Assembly: GCA_023334545.1 (NCBI GenBank)
Contig: JAADVB010000158.1
Location: forward strand, 1-44,399
Source of the DNA: Salisapilia sapeloensis CBS 127946
Lineage: Eukaryota; Protista; Oomycota
Direction: 5' to 3'
DNA: 44,399 nt
Shown here: piece after piece, positions 1-10,378 of the stretch
How positions within the stretch are numbered: position 1 is the stretch's first letter
Layout: every line of letters starts with the position of its first letter
Position numbers and translations under genes: made by a program
Notes under the pieces: model-generated
What the model saw: only the letters and a program-made list of their open reading frames with translations
Told to the model about the DNA's origin: nothing
The model's database searches: none

Positions 1-1452
1 AAACGATATTTCAGTCATCGTGTATTCATGCAAACAAATTTCTATTCTTGCTTACTTTTGATGATGCTGCTGGGTTCATTTTGACACAGTGACATTTTGC
101 CTTCAAATAGTACCCTGATTCCTTAGCTCCTTCGATTATGGTTATGATATATGGAGACTGATGGGAACTGGACGGGGAATACAAACCCTGTTGAATATGA
201 TAATGTCTTCGCTAAGCGCGTTGTGAACATTATACTTGTCTTGACTTTAGTTATCGATCTCTTTACTCTAGTCTATCGGCGTATAATCACCTGTATGCTG
301 CATCGTTGGACCAGCACCCAATTAATTGAAGGTGACAATGATAGCATGTATGATAAACTGTAGCGGCACAAGGGCACGCAAGCCAGCATGCTTCATTAGT
401 AAGACACAAGATCAAACGGACGAGCCCGACTTCACACAAGAGCAGCATAAGGACTCACAGACCAGCATGCTTACGGGGAGAAAGAGACGACCTGACCGGT
501 AGGTTGGTATGCTGATATTACATGCCAGTACGAACATCAGACATCATGCGTATCTTGACATCAATGTATCTCATTTCCAAAAGAAAACAAATCATGATCA
601 GCTGTAAAGCACGATCCATTCTGCTTATCTAAGAGTACGGGTTAGCACCTTTAAGTTTGTAAGAGTCATGATGAACTATATAGGTTATGTTCGCGGTGAA
701 TTGGAAATGAGTATTTTTAAGGATTCATACTTGCAAATGATGTACATGGTAATCTGGACTGGCAATCCCCACGCTTGTCGATAATGGGTGATTTGGTTCA
801 GTCACATGCTACCATAATGCATTGATAGTAGACCAAATCATCTTTCCCGGCAAACTAAATATAGTAGCAAGTGACGGATGCTGGCAATGAAGATACTGCT
901 ACATATTCATCGTCCGATGCTCCATCCTATGTCGTAATTGACGTGACCATTGCAGCATGATTCACGGGGTGTCTGCAACGACTAGGCAACATTTATTTAA
1001 AACAAAGCAAACTACATTCGGAAACTCTTTGCTAGAAAGCTATGTCGAGCTTCACTACTATCTGCACTTTTACTGCATCCAGCGTGGTACATTCCACCTA
1101 CTCTCCACAATCTCTCCGCTTCCCAAAACGCGTACAAATACTATAATCACATTGCGAAGCATCAACTTCAAATCCAAAGCTATCGACTATAGACACTTCC
1201 ATGACTCATCGATGCTCTACCAACGCCTTTTTTCTGAGAACCACTTTGTTCCTTACTTTTTCTTTGCCGCCACTAATTCAAGCCGTCCAAAAAAGAATGT
1301 CCTTGGCACTTTTTCACGCCCAAACTCGAATTGGGCGACTGGGTAGAAAGCGATCACATTCAGACTACTATCTCGCCGCCTACGTTCACCCAGCACTTTT
1401 TAAAAACATATCTATCTACTCTCCACGCACCCAATTTATACCATACGTCATT

Positions 1453-3285
1453 ATGACTGCTAACAATACGCCTGACACGAGTGTGACCAGTGGGAACACA
1501 AGCCAAGCACACGCCCAACCACCATCCTCCGCGTCATCTCAGCGCTCTTCGTCAAACCGAGGTCGATCTAGGCGAGGTCGCAGACCACCACAGAACAGAC
1601 CACAGACAGACGGAAGCGTAAATACACCGTCAGGTAACACGATGGAACCGGCCCACGGCGGTCGTAGTCGACGCAATCGTTCTCGTCGGAACAATTCAAA
1701 CCGGCAGAACACGTCTCAGACTGCAAATGCAGTAGAAGAGGAAGAAAAGGAAGTTTGCTGGGTATGTGCTGAGACTCTCCAGTACTACGCTATCGGCTCC
1801 TGCAACCACCTTGGCGTCTGCTCCAAGTGTGCCTACCGCATGCGTTCGAAACTGAACGATCGCAGCTGTGTCCTATGCACACAGACACTCGACACGGTCG
1901 TCGTGAGCTCGACTCCCGGTCCCTTCGAGTCCTTCCAGCTATGGGGAGAATCCGCTGGACCGAACACATCTGTGGACGACGCCACGGACATGATCTTTTA
2001 CAACTGCCGTGAGCAGTACAACTACCTCATGTCGTTAGAATCGTATAAATGTCGTCTTCGAAAGTGCAAACGCGTATGCACTTCTCTAGCTCAGCTAAAA
2101 GACCACATGAAAGCGGAACACAGTCGTGAATTCTGTGACTTGTGTCTCACGCATGAACACTTTTTCTTACAAGAGTATGCTGTCTACACGAAGAACGGAT
2201 TGAAAGCACATAACCAAGGAAAGGAAAAAGATAAGGACGCGACGAAAGACTTGCATCCGATGTGTCAATTCTGTAAGAGACGATACTATTCGGATAAAGA
2301 GCTGTACGAGCACTTGGAACGAGATCATTTCAAGTGTCATCTCTGCAACATTGATAATGAGTACTATCGCAACTACAGCAGTCTCGAAACGCACTTTCGA
2401 CAAGACCATTTCCTATGTGAAGACGCTCGATGTCTCGCCAACCGCTTCGTCGTTTTCCCGAATGACGTCGAGTACCAAGCGCATATGCGCCATATGCACG
2501 GCGTACAGAGTCGACTGCAGGTTAACTTCCAAGTCGGAAATATCCATCCGAACGACGCGGTGGATCTACATCGATGGAACTACACGGCAGCGAGGCAAGA
2601 AACGCCGTCTGCCGAAGCATTCCCGGCGCTACCGACACCTGCGACACCCTCCGCACCGTCAAGTACGCCTGCGCCGGCCATCCAACCGACGACTCGAGCG
2701 CCAGAGCCCAGTCGCGTCGTGTCGACCAACCGAGCGCAGGTGATGCGTAACCAGCGTCTAGCTCAAGCACTCGGTGTCCAACGTCCTGCGCATCAGGAAG
2801 GCGAGGCAGGCTTTGAAGAAGAGATGAAGACACCTGCGTTCTCGACGGAACTGATTGAATGGGCAAAGGCCAACCCTAGCTACCTCCACGTGGTCGAGCG
2901 TCGATTGGAACGTGTCGTCAAGGAGCGCAATTGCCATAGCGTCAGTCTTCGACCGATGGAAGCAGAGGAACGCAAGGTCGTGCATGAACTCGCGAGCTAC
3001 TATGGCGTCGAGTCGCAGTCGTTTGGAGAAGATCCGTACCGGCGCATCTCGTTCTACAAGCGCGAGAACATGCACGTACCATCTATCACGTTGTCGCAGT
3101 TCAATGCGAAGCAAGATCGACGTGCGAGAGGCTCGAGACTACGCTATTTGCCTCTACCTGGCTCCCAACCGCCAGTGCAAGAACCTGTACCACCGCCCGT
3201 GACGCATGGTGCGAATCGCGGATGGGAAAAGATTGAAGAGCCGAGGAGAGAAGTGGTGCTGGACGCATGGAGTGATGAAGACTAA
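1453..3285 (+). CDS. ZNF598: ZNF598/Hel2-like RING + C2H2 zinc-finger E3 ubiquitin ligase with a C-terminal R3H-like domain (610 aa)
   Basis: RING CWVCAETLQYYAIGSCNHLGVCSKCAYRMRSKLNDRSCVLC, then C2H2 fingers (CRLRKC..HMKAEH, FCDLC..H, HPMCQFCKRRYYSDKELYEHLERDH, HFKCHLC..HFRQDHFLCED..C..FVVF) in the Hel2/ZNF598 order. C-terminal LRPMEAEERKVVHELASYYGVESQSFGEDPYRRI resembles R3H. Start placed at ATG 1453 (MTANN); the 84 upstream in-frame codons of the ORF track look non-coding. Confidence 0.88.
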   Translation: MTANNTPDTSVTSGNTSQAHAQPPSSASSQRSSSNRGRSRRGRRPPQNRPQTDGSVNTPSGNTMEPAHGGRSRRNRSRRNNSNRQNTSQTANAVEEEEKEVCWVCAETLQYYAIGSCNHLGVCSKCAYRMRSKLNDRSCVLCTQTLDTVVVSSTPGPFESFQLWGESAGPNTSVDDATDMIFYNCREQYNYLMSLESYKCRLRKCKRVCTSLAQLKDHMKAEHSREFCDLCLTHEHFFLQEYAVYTKNGLKAHNQGKEKDKDATKDLHPMCQFCKRRYYSDKELYEHLERDHFKCHLCNIDNEYYRNYSSLETHFRQDHFLCEDARCLANRFVVFPNDVEYQAHMRHMHGVQSRLQVNFQVGNIHPNDAVDLHRWNYTAARQETPSAEAFPALPTPATPSAPSSTPAPAIQPTTRAPEPSRVVSTNRAQVMRNQRLAQALGVQRPAHQEGEAGFEEEMKTPAFSTELIEWAKANPSYLHVVERRLERVVKERNCHSVSLRPMEAEERKVVHELASYYGVESQSFGEDPYRRISFYKRENMHVPSITLSQFNAKQDRRARGSRLRYLPLPGSQPPVQEPVPPPVTHGANRGWEKIEEPRREVVLDAWSDED

Positions 3286-3300
3286 AAAAGAAGATAGATT

Positions 3301-4617
3301 TTACAAGGACGATGCTTTGGGCTGGAAGGAAAACACGATCGCTGAGACGTTGTCCATGGTCTTTTTCGTCAACGCAGCGTCCACAATGGCTTCGGCCGCG
3401 CGTTGCTTTCCTTTCTTACCTTTGCCAACGGTCGAACGCATGACGTCTGCCGCGTTCTCGTCCGTCAGTCGATCCCACACGCCGTCAGTAGCGAATATGA
3501 ATAGATCGGAGGGTTTTAAATCTACTACTTTAATGTCTGGTGCGCAAGAGACGGGTGGGTCTGAGGTCGGGACTTGTAGACGCTTGAGCTGGTGGTCACC
3601 CAAGGCACGACTGACTGCTAGACGCAACGGAGACGTGTCGTGTGCCACTCGCCAACAGCCAGAGTAAACCACTTTCCCTCCCGTTGCTTCGATACGACTG
3701 CGTTCTTTTTCGTCGTTGGGTTTATGATCGATAGATACTCGACTGACATTTCCATTCGAATCGACGTGGACAGCACGTGTGTCACCGACATTCGCGACGA
3801 ACATCTTGGTGCCGATCACGAGACCGATCAGTGCCGTCGTGCCATCTTTCGTGTCTTTGGACATAGTGTCGTCTAGAATGTGGTCGTCTACTTCTTGGAA
3901 TGTTTGCTTAATTACTTTCCGTATGCGGAGTATATCTAGTGAAGACAGTGGAGTCGACAGAGCTTTCTTCGCAATGGATGCGAGCATCGACGACTGCCGG
4001 AGGTACTGTGGGAAGAGCTCTGTACCCATTTCGGCTGCCTTGGCACCGTTATGACCGTCGAAGAGCATGATTAGAGAGCACGACTGGTCTTCAAATAGAT
4101 CTGCTTCAATAGAGAACCGATCTTCCATATAGTTCCGTCGGCCCTGTGCTTCGGCTGCACCGACTTGGAAGTGAAAATGGTCCCGTACACCTTCTTCATC
4201 TAGGAAATCGACGAGATTGGGACTATTTTTCGAAACGTAGTGTGAAAAGGATGAGCGACGTTGCTTCCGATACTCTTTTTGCTCCTTATGGAACGTATCA
4301 ATGGCTCGATCAGCAGCAGAGATGGCAGCATCCTTGACACTAGCTTGTCGTGGCGTTAATGGCGATCGCTCTTGGACAGGAGAAACAATATCTGCGGGTG
4401 GATCGATCTTAGTTGGAGTAATCTTCTTCGGAGCTTTACACTTGACAGGACTAGCGGCATCGAACGCGAGGTTCACGGACAGAGATCGCTGTCGTTTTTT
4501 CGACGCAGTCGGCATGGACCGAGACACAGGGATCGTCGCCACTGGTTCCGACTTTTTCGTCCGAGACGGAGGCGTTTCGAGTGACTTGTCTGGTGTAAAA
4601 GGTAGCGTCGTCTGCAT
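3301..4617 (-). CDS. PP2C/PPM-family Ser/Thr protein phosphatase (438 aa)
   Basis: Motifs GRRNYMEDR, LFDGHNG, DGTTA, ANVGDTRAV, DHKP, LAVSRALGD, ATDGVWD and DNVS; the metal-binding Asp residues are present. Disordered S/P/K-rich N-terminus. Confidence 0.95.
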   Translation of the reverse strand: MQTTLPFTPDKSLETPPSRTKKSEPVATIPVSRSMPTASKKRQRSLSVNLAFDAASPVKCKAPKKITPTKIDPPADIVSPVQERSPLTPRQASVKDAAISAADRAIDTFHKEQKEYRKQRRSSFSHYVSKNSPNLVDFLDEEGVRDHFHFQVGAAEAQGRRNYMEDRFSIEADLFEDQSCSLIMLFDGHNGAKAAEMGTELFPQYLRQSSMLASIAKKALSTPLSSLDILRIRKVIKQTFQEVDDHILDDTMSKDTKDGTTALIGLVIGTKMFVANVGDTRAVHVDSNGNVSRVSIDHKPNDEKERSRIEATGGKVVYSGCWRVAHDTSPLRLAVSRALGDHQLKRLQVPTSDPPVSCAPDIKVVDLKPSDLFIFATDGVWDRLTDENAADVMRSTVGKGKKGKQRAAEAIVDAALTKKTMDNVSAIVFSFQPKASSL

Positions 4618-5462
4618 TGGTATAGATGGAGTCGATTCCAGTGGACGCGACGTGGGCAGACACTAGACGATTCAGTAATGGCGCCGAATGGACTCGCACA
4701 TTTTGGCGCGGAATTGTTGGATAGAGATTGGATAAAATAGAGTTTTTAGTAGTTTTGATTGGGAGAAAAGGCTGACTAAGATATTTCAGGGGTATGGGCG
4801 ACCGAGAGGTTCAGCGGAATGGTAGGTCAAGCAATGGAAGGGCCGAAGGAGGAGAAATTGTAATAAATATACGTTCTTTATGTTCGTATGGAAAATTAAT
4901 CGTAGAGTTGTCATTTAGATGTCGAGCTTTTGTTGGTAGTAGTGTCTTGAGCGATGATGCACTGGTAATGACTTGGTTACCAAGTGAAAGTTTCTATTGA
5001 TTTGGAGACTTTTATTTTGCTGGCGTGAACTAGGGACACGTAGCTTTCTCTTGACGAAGTGCCTTTATTCATTTACTAGCGCTTTTTTGTGCTTTATCAA
5101 TCAATTTTGCACAAGAACGATTGGTTACGAGATGACTGCTTCCTTTAGCACATTCTCAACGCAAGTCTATGGGTATCTGCGTCAGCAGTCATTGCCATAT
5201 TTGGCCAGTTGAACTTTGAGCCTCGGATGGGACTTGTAGGTCATTTAAATCATGCTCGTCACACGCGTAGTCACCAAAATAGCTCAATGGTCGACAGTAT
5301 ACTATCGAGTGGTAACCCAGAGACAGCATCTATCATTCGGGCAAGTAGACGTCTTGCATGAAGCAACCCTCCCATGCATGTTAACAAATTACGACTACGA
5401 GGAATTCTAACCACCAATAATAACTACATATACAAAAGCTTCATCTATTCAGTCTCTACTTT

Positions 5463-7184
5463 CTATACAACAACTTGCTCTGCATCTTTCTTCTTCTCCA
5501 GTCCGTCATCATTGTCCATGTCACTGTCCACAGTGATCGTCTCATCTTCATCGACCCGTTCAAAGTCCAAAGCGTCTACCACTTCCTGTGGATCCGTAGC
5601 TGGGATTAAGAACAAAAAGAAGACTGGCACGACTTTCAAAACACTACGAACTAGCACAGCAAGCCACAGCATTTCATACTCATCCTTTGCGATCCCAATC
5701 CAGGAGCACACCAAAGCTCCCCAGAATTCACTCACGCTGTAGGAAAAGTTGGATATCGACATGAGCAAGGCAAACAACGTGCCTTCCACTCCTTTCGGAC
5801 AAAGCTTAGCGCACAACACCAAGACAGGCATCGTCTTCAATCGACTGATCACATCGGCAATGACAGCATCACCAAGCACAAATGCTTTATCAGGGATACC
5901 TAGTTGCAGATTCGTACGTGTCACGAGTATGATATCGAGCAACGAGACAAGAGCCAAGCTCAGTTGAGCGATGAAAAAGATACGACGAAAGGACATGTCT
6001 TTAAAGAACGAGCTGTAGATGAGCGTACCAACGAGTAGAAAGACGTATCCGAATGCAGACACTGTACCTAAGAACTCTGGTGAAAAGTGGAGGACGTCTG
6101 TGGCAAAGTAGAAAGTCACTTGGGAGTATCCAGGTCCAATGGCTCCGGATAGAAAGACCCACAACGCACATTTCCAGATCACAGGGGTCCTGACGGCACG
6201 ACCAAGTTGCGTAAACTGGAACTTGGCGGATGAGAGAAAGTTGCCTCGACCCATAGAAGATGGAGCTTCGGTCATGCGAAGAGAGAAGGCAAGGACGAGG
6301 AGAGGACCTGCAGTTGCGAAGAAGAAGACAGCGCGGACGCCGAGATGGTCTGTTGCTGGACCGGACAGAAAGGACCCCAAGATACCTCCTACAGCCATGG
6401 ACGTCCACGACACAGACTGCAAATCGTTTGCCCCGTGCTTGGGATCCAGTCGAGACATTTCCACCACTCGAGCATCAATGACAACATCGATTACAGAGGA
6501 AGCGAGCGACTGCGAGATGAGTGCGAGCATAGCGCCAGGGACAGACGTGATAAAGTTTGGTAGCGAGAGCAATAGGCATGCAACGGTCGCCATACTACTG
6601 AATATGATCATGTACGACTTGCGATGATAGCCTGCAATCGGAAAACTATCTGAAATGATACCAAAGACAGGTTTAATGCCCCATGGGAACATCATGACGG
6701 TCAATAAGGTCTGTGATTGGGCTGGCTGGAGGTCGAGATTATCTTTGAAAAAGTAGTTGATAGCAAGACGACTGAAGCTAGTGAATCCCTGCACCAAGTA
6801 GACGACACTCACGATTGTTAAGAAGGATGTACCAAACGTTTGTCGCAGTCTCGTGGTCCATCGTCGTAGCTGTTGATACCTGGATAAGTGATGGCCATTT
6901 TCGTCTGAGCTTTCATCATCTTGCATCTGACGTCCGTCATGACCTTTGTTGATCTCCTTTTCAAGTCGAGGAAATACAGGGTGGTCACTCTCCTCGACTT
7001 TATGTAATAAACGCTCTCGATCGGAAGTTGCGTCTGCTGTGGGTGTATCAGGACTATGAAGACCAGATGAAGGCGAGAGTGGAGAGAGGGGCATATCGCT
7101 TAGGTTTGAGGTAGAAGAATCGTCTAAATGCGTTCGAGGAAGACGCTTACGAGCTTCTATACTGCTCTCCTCCAATTCCGTCAT
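5463..7184 (-). CDS. BT1 folate/biopterin transporter (MFS-like, about 12 TM; 573 aa)
   Basis: Family motifs PWGIKPVFGIISDSFPIAGYHRKSY, DVVIDARVVE and LCPKGVEGTLFALLMSISN, with many hydrophobic helices. First ATG is at 7184; the ORF-track start at 7211 is GTG. Confidence 0.92.
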   Translation of the reverse strand: MTELEESSIEARKRLPRTHLDDSSTSNLSDMPLSPLSPSSGLHSPDTPTADATSDRERLLHKVEESDHPVFPRLEKEINKGHDGRQMQDDESSDENGHHLSRYQQLRRWTTRLRQTFGTSFLTIVSVVYLVQGFTSFSRLAINYFFKDNLDLQPAQSQTLLTVMMFPWGIKPVFGIISDSFPIAGYHRKSYMIIFSSMATVACLLLSLPNFITSVPGAMLALISQSLASSVIDVVIDARVVEMSRLDPKHGANDLQSVSWTSMAVGGILGSFLSGPATDHLGVRAVFFFATAGPLLVLAFSLRMTEAPSSMGRGNFLSSAKFQFTQLGRAVRTPVIWKCALWVFLSGAIGPGYSQVTFYFATDVLHFSPEFLGTVSAFGYVFLLVGTLIYSSFFKDMSFRRIFFIAQLSLALVSLLDIILVTRTNLQLGIPDKAFVLGDAVIADVISRLKTMPVLVLCAKLCPKGVEGTLFALLMSISNFSYSVSEFWGALVCSWIGIAKDEYEMLWLAVLVRSVLKVVPVFFLFLIPATDPQEVVDALDFERVDEDETITVDSDMDNDDGLEKKKDAEQVVV

Positions 7185-7421
7185 TTCGTGTCCAGCTTTT
7201 GTGTCTGCCACGAGGCGAGCGTTTTTATCACGGAGTAGTTAAACCATCCAATTATATTAGCTTTAAGAGATAAAATATATGATTTACGTATGTTTTAGAA
7301 TGTACCCATCTTTGTACGAAGCGGTCAAGATCAGGAGGACGAGTACGGCTTCATCTCCTATTAGTGCTTGTCCAGGACGACGAGTGATACTGATCATTTT
7401 ATTCTGGTAGTGTCTATACAA

Positions 7422-8739
7422 ATGGAAGGAGTAGTGGACGTTAATCACACATCGGAGAGCATGACGAGGTGAGTGTGGTATGCTTGTCCTCGATCGTACT
7501 CGTTATTAATTCGCATTTTGAGTAGACCTTTAGACGATTTAAATGGGAATTTTAGTGGCAAGCTTCTTGCTTCATTGACTGCAGTGGAGAAGACTGTATA
7601 GCATCTCTTCAATACTCTTTACTTTCTGCGTCATTCTCATCGTTATATAGAGTGAAGAATTCAAAGACACAAGTGCAGAGCCGCCATTTGGAGCCTTTGT
7701 TATCCTAGATAGGGTCTCTGCATCCGTACATTCTGGCTCTATGCTTTCCACTCGACTTTATATTCCAAAAGATATCTGGTATACATGCAAATTTTAAATG
7801 CTCTTCTCATCTGCTAAACCAAGTCTACAGGGAGCAAGACCGAGTGACACTTATCGGTGTCATGATCAAAACGGATGTCTTCCAAGCATTAAAAGAAGCA
7901 TTTAATAAGGTATCTCGGCTATAAACTTTTTATATCGCACTGCTTCCAACCAAGACGACATTAGATCCATATACCAGCTTCCTCCAATGTGGATAAAGCT
8001 GCTTTATGTGATAAATTGGATTCCATTTTGGAGCTCCTCCGTATTGAAAGGGTGCATTTAAACCGCGCTTTTCCATTCTTACCTGTTGACCAAGCTAGCG
8101 AAGCCATTGCTTTTGCTGCCGTAAGTTACATCCACAAAAGACGTATGAGGTAAAGAATCATTAGAATAATAGGCGGAGAGTATACAAGCGGATGGAGGGT
8201 ATGCTGGTTTTGGAAAGCTGACGAATCTGGCTGTTGGTTTCGGTCGTGTTGTGAAGAAGCAGGCATTAGCGGCAGTCGAACGTGCTGGAGCTGCCCAATC
8301 CGTCGTTCTGTACGCTATAGTTTTATCTCGTAGAAATGTGCTTCTCACTCCCAACAGGTCAAAACGAGAATTGGAAGAGTATGCGATGACGATTAAAGAG
8401 TTTTGTCTCGCAGCGAGAAACATACGTAACATCTACATCGATATAACTGTAGTCATTTCCTAAGAATCAAGTGTCTTGCAGATCAATTAATTAATGAAGC
8501 AGCATTGGGGCATCAAGATGACAAGACGGAAGCTCAATCCTCCGAACTGGACTATGCTCTTCGTACAAGACTAGAAGAGATTAGTACGACACTACTAGTT
8601 TAACCATGTAATCATCGCCTTATAGATTGGAGTAGGTATCTTTTTGGATGAAGTCGTCGTAGAATTGCTCATGCGCGACCTGCACAGTTTGCTTGAGCAC
8701 TACTTGGCAGTCTCGACAGAGCGTCTAGGTGCTAACTAG
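7422..8739 (+). CDS. 10-exon hypothetical protein (278 aa), helical, resembling the C-terminal region of fungal MIT-domain proteins
   Basis: Hand-spliced exons 7422-7468, 7526-7595, 7651-7778, 7831-7909, 7965-8040, 8095-8120, 8173-8309, 8358-8425, 8482-8583, 8636-8739. All nine introns are GT-AG, 48-57 nt, and the phases join into one stop-free frame of 837 nt. The last two junctions are the least certain. Confidence 0.72.
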
Positions 8740-8835
8740 TCCAATAAATCAACCCTCAGCACTTTATCTAGCGTGATTTCAGCTTGATATCTATAAATAC
8801 CTTCGAACAAGATTATCATTTACTCGTATTGTGGC

Positions 8836-10290
8836 ATGGACAGTCTAGAGATAGATGCATTTATCACGGAGGTCAAGAACCCGCCAGAGTGGACACGAAA
8901 TGAGGAAGAGATTCGATCGCCTGAATGCCCTGTCCCGAATGGTGCATCCGAAGTCTTTCGAGTTGTCGATCGAATGAACAACAGGAGTCGACAAGGCAGG
9001 AGCTTACGTTCGGTTATGCGAAAAGCAGCGCAAAAGACTATTTTAGTGATTCGAGCGAAGAATGCTACGCAAGATGCTGAAGGTATTACCATCCGCTTTG
9101 ATGATGATAAGATCACAGACATACCTCGATCATCTCAGCTACCAGTCGTACTGACAGAAGTTATTGATTACTATCCATTTGCTTCACCTCTCTCTCGAGA
9201 AATCTTTCAGGAACTGTCTAAATCCTCGTCCGAGTTTCAGAACTTAATGCGAGACTTGTTTTGGTATTTGACAGCAACGTTCTTTCAAAAGGAACGCAGT
9301 GGTGAGCTGCGTCAAAGATTTCACAATCGAATTGCGGACACCTTTACATATTTCTTTCTCAACTTAAACTCTTCAATTCGTGCGAAGTCAGAAGAAGTAT
9401 TAGACGTTTTCCCTGACATTGTAGCTCAAGTGCTATTTCGATGTCTGTACTCGGCATATCCAAAGTCAAGAAAGATGATTGAACAAAACGATTTTCGTGA
9501 AGAGATTGCACGTACTTGCTACCGTTGGATTCGAGGAATGGTGCCAAGTCCACTCGATTGCTCTCATTGGCTTCCTTTGGCTGAAGAGAGTCCAAAGCAA
9601 TCTGTAGTCAATGGTGATTTTCCAGCTCTGAAAAACCGAATGGCACGAGCTGAACGGATTGAAAGAGCGAAAGTCGCGACTACGGTACAGCTTGGAATCG
9701 CCGTTGAGCCGAAGAAATGTCCAGGCATAAGCGTTCAGGACGGAGCAAAAGACAGTATACTCCCCGAGATCCGATTTCCGTCAACATCAGGAAACAAACA
9801 AGATGAAATACGGATGCGAGGTGTCTATGAGCTTCAAAACTCTCCTTTGGTTGCTTCATATCTCGACAGACGACAAATACAAGCGAATGCAGCTGGACTG
9901 AAAGTAAAGATGCGCCTGAGTAGCAGTCATGATTTGGATACGAAGTGTCAAGGTGGTATGCGGCGTATTCCTGCACCTCGATGGAAGCATCGACGACTGG
10001 TATCGACTGAAACGTATGCTGAAATGCTTCGGAACATCGAGTCGTTAGGAAATGATGTGCGGCTAGCGCATCAGACAACGAAAGCAAAAGTGAAAGACGA
10101 TATATCAAAGGCCGAACGCTCTGTTAAGCAGAGTGAGAAAGTGATGAAGACGACATACTCGCAGCTGAAGCAAAACCAGGATGAAATGCACGCGTTGAGT
10201 AACTTGCTAACAAGTCAGGCCCGAATCGATTCTGGCTATGGATATAAAACTGATATCAAATCGCTTCGTAGTTACCCGTGTAAACGATAA
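8836..10290 (+). CDS. FAM227-like (FWWh domain) protein (484 aa)
   Basis: LMRDLFWYLTATFFQ..FHNRIADTFTYFF..VFPDIVAQVLFRCLYSAYPKS..FREEIARTCYRWIRG follows the FAM227A/B pattern as I recall it (LQDSFWW..LFDRIS..YPD.LAQA.Y..F..AFP.S..F.E.L...W..G). Confidence 0.75.
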   Translation: MDSLEIDAFITEVKNPPEWTRNEEEIRSPECPVPNGASEVFRVVDRMNNRSRQGRSLRSVMRKAAQKTILVIRAKNATQDAEGITIRFDDDKITDIPRSSQLPVVLTEVIDYYPFASPLSREIFQELSKSSSEFQNLMRDLFWYLTATFFQKERSGELRQRFHNRIADTFTYFFLNLNSSIRAKSEEVLDVFPDIVAQVLFRCLYSAYPKSRKMIEQNDFREEIARTCYRWIRGMVPSPLDCSHWLPLAEESPKQSVVNGDFPALKNRMARAERIERAKVATTVQLGIAVEPKKCPGISVQDGAKDSILPEIRFPSTSGNKQDEIRMRGVYELQNSPLVASYLDRRQIQANAAGLKVKMRLSSSHDLDTKCQGGMRRIPAPRWKHRRLVSTETYAEMLRNIESLGNDVRLAHQTTKAKVKDDISKAERSVKQSEKVMKTTYSQLKQNQDEMHALSNLLTSQARIDSGYGYKTDIKSLRSYPCKR

Positions 10291-10378
10291 GATATGTTTT
10301 GTGCTGTAAGTCACTTCACTTTCTTTCGCAATATGTTATGATCCTTCGACTGACCGAAGATCGCAAAGCCTATTTGTT

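Noticed and set aside
151-363. 70-aa ORF with a hydrophobic stretch
   Set aside because: No motif or splice context; AT-rich intergenic-like surroundings.
1201-1452. 84-codon in-frame N-terminal extension of ZNF598
   Set aside because: F/L/Y-rich, AT-rich, UTR- or promoter-like sequence; typical coding composition starts at ATG 1453. Cannot be fully excluded.
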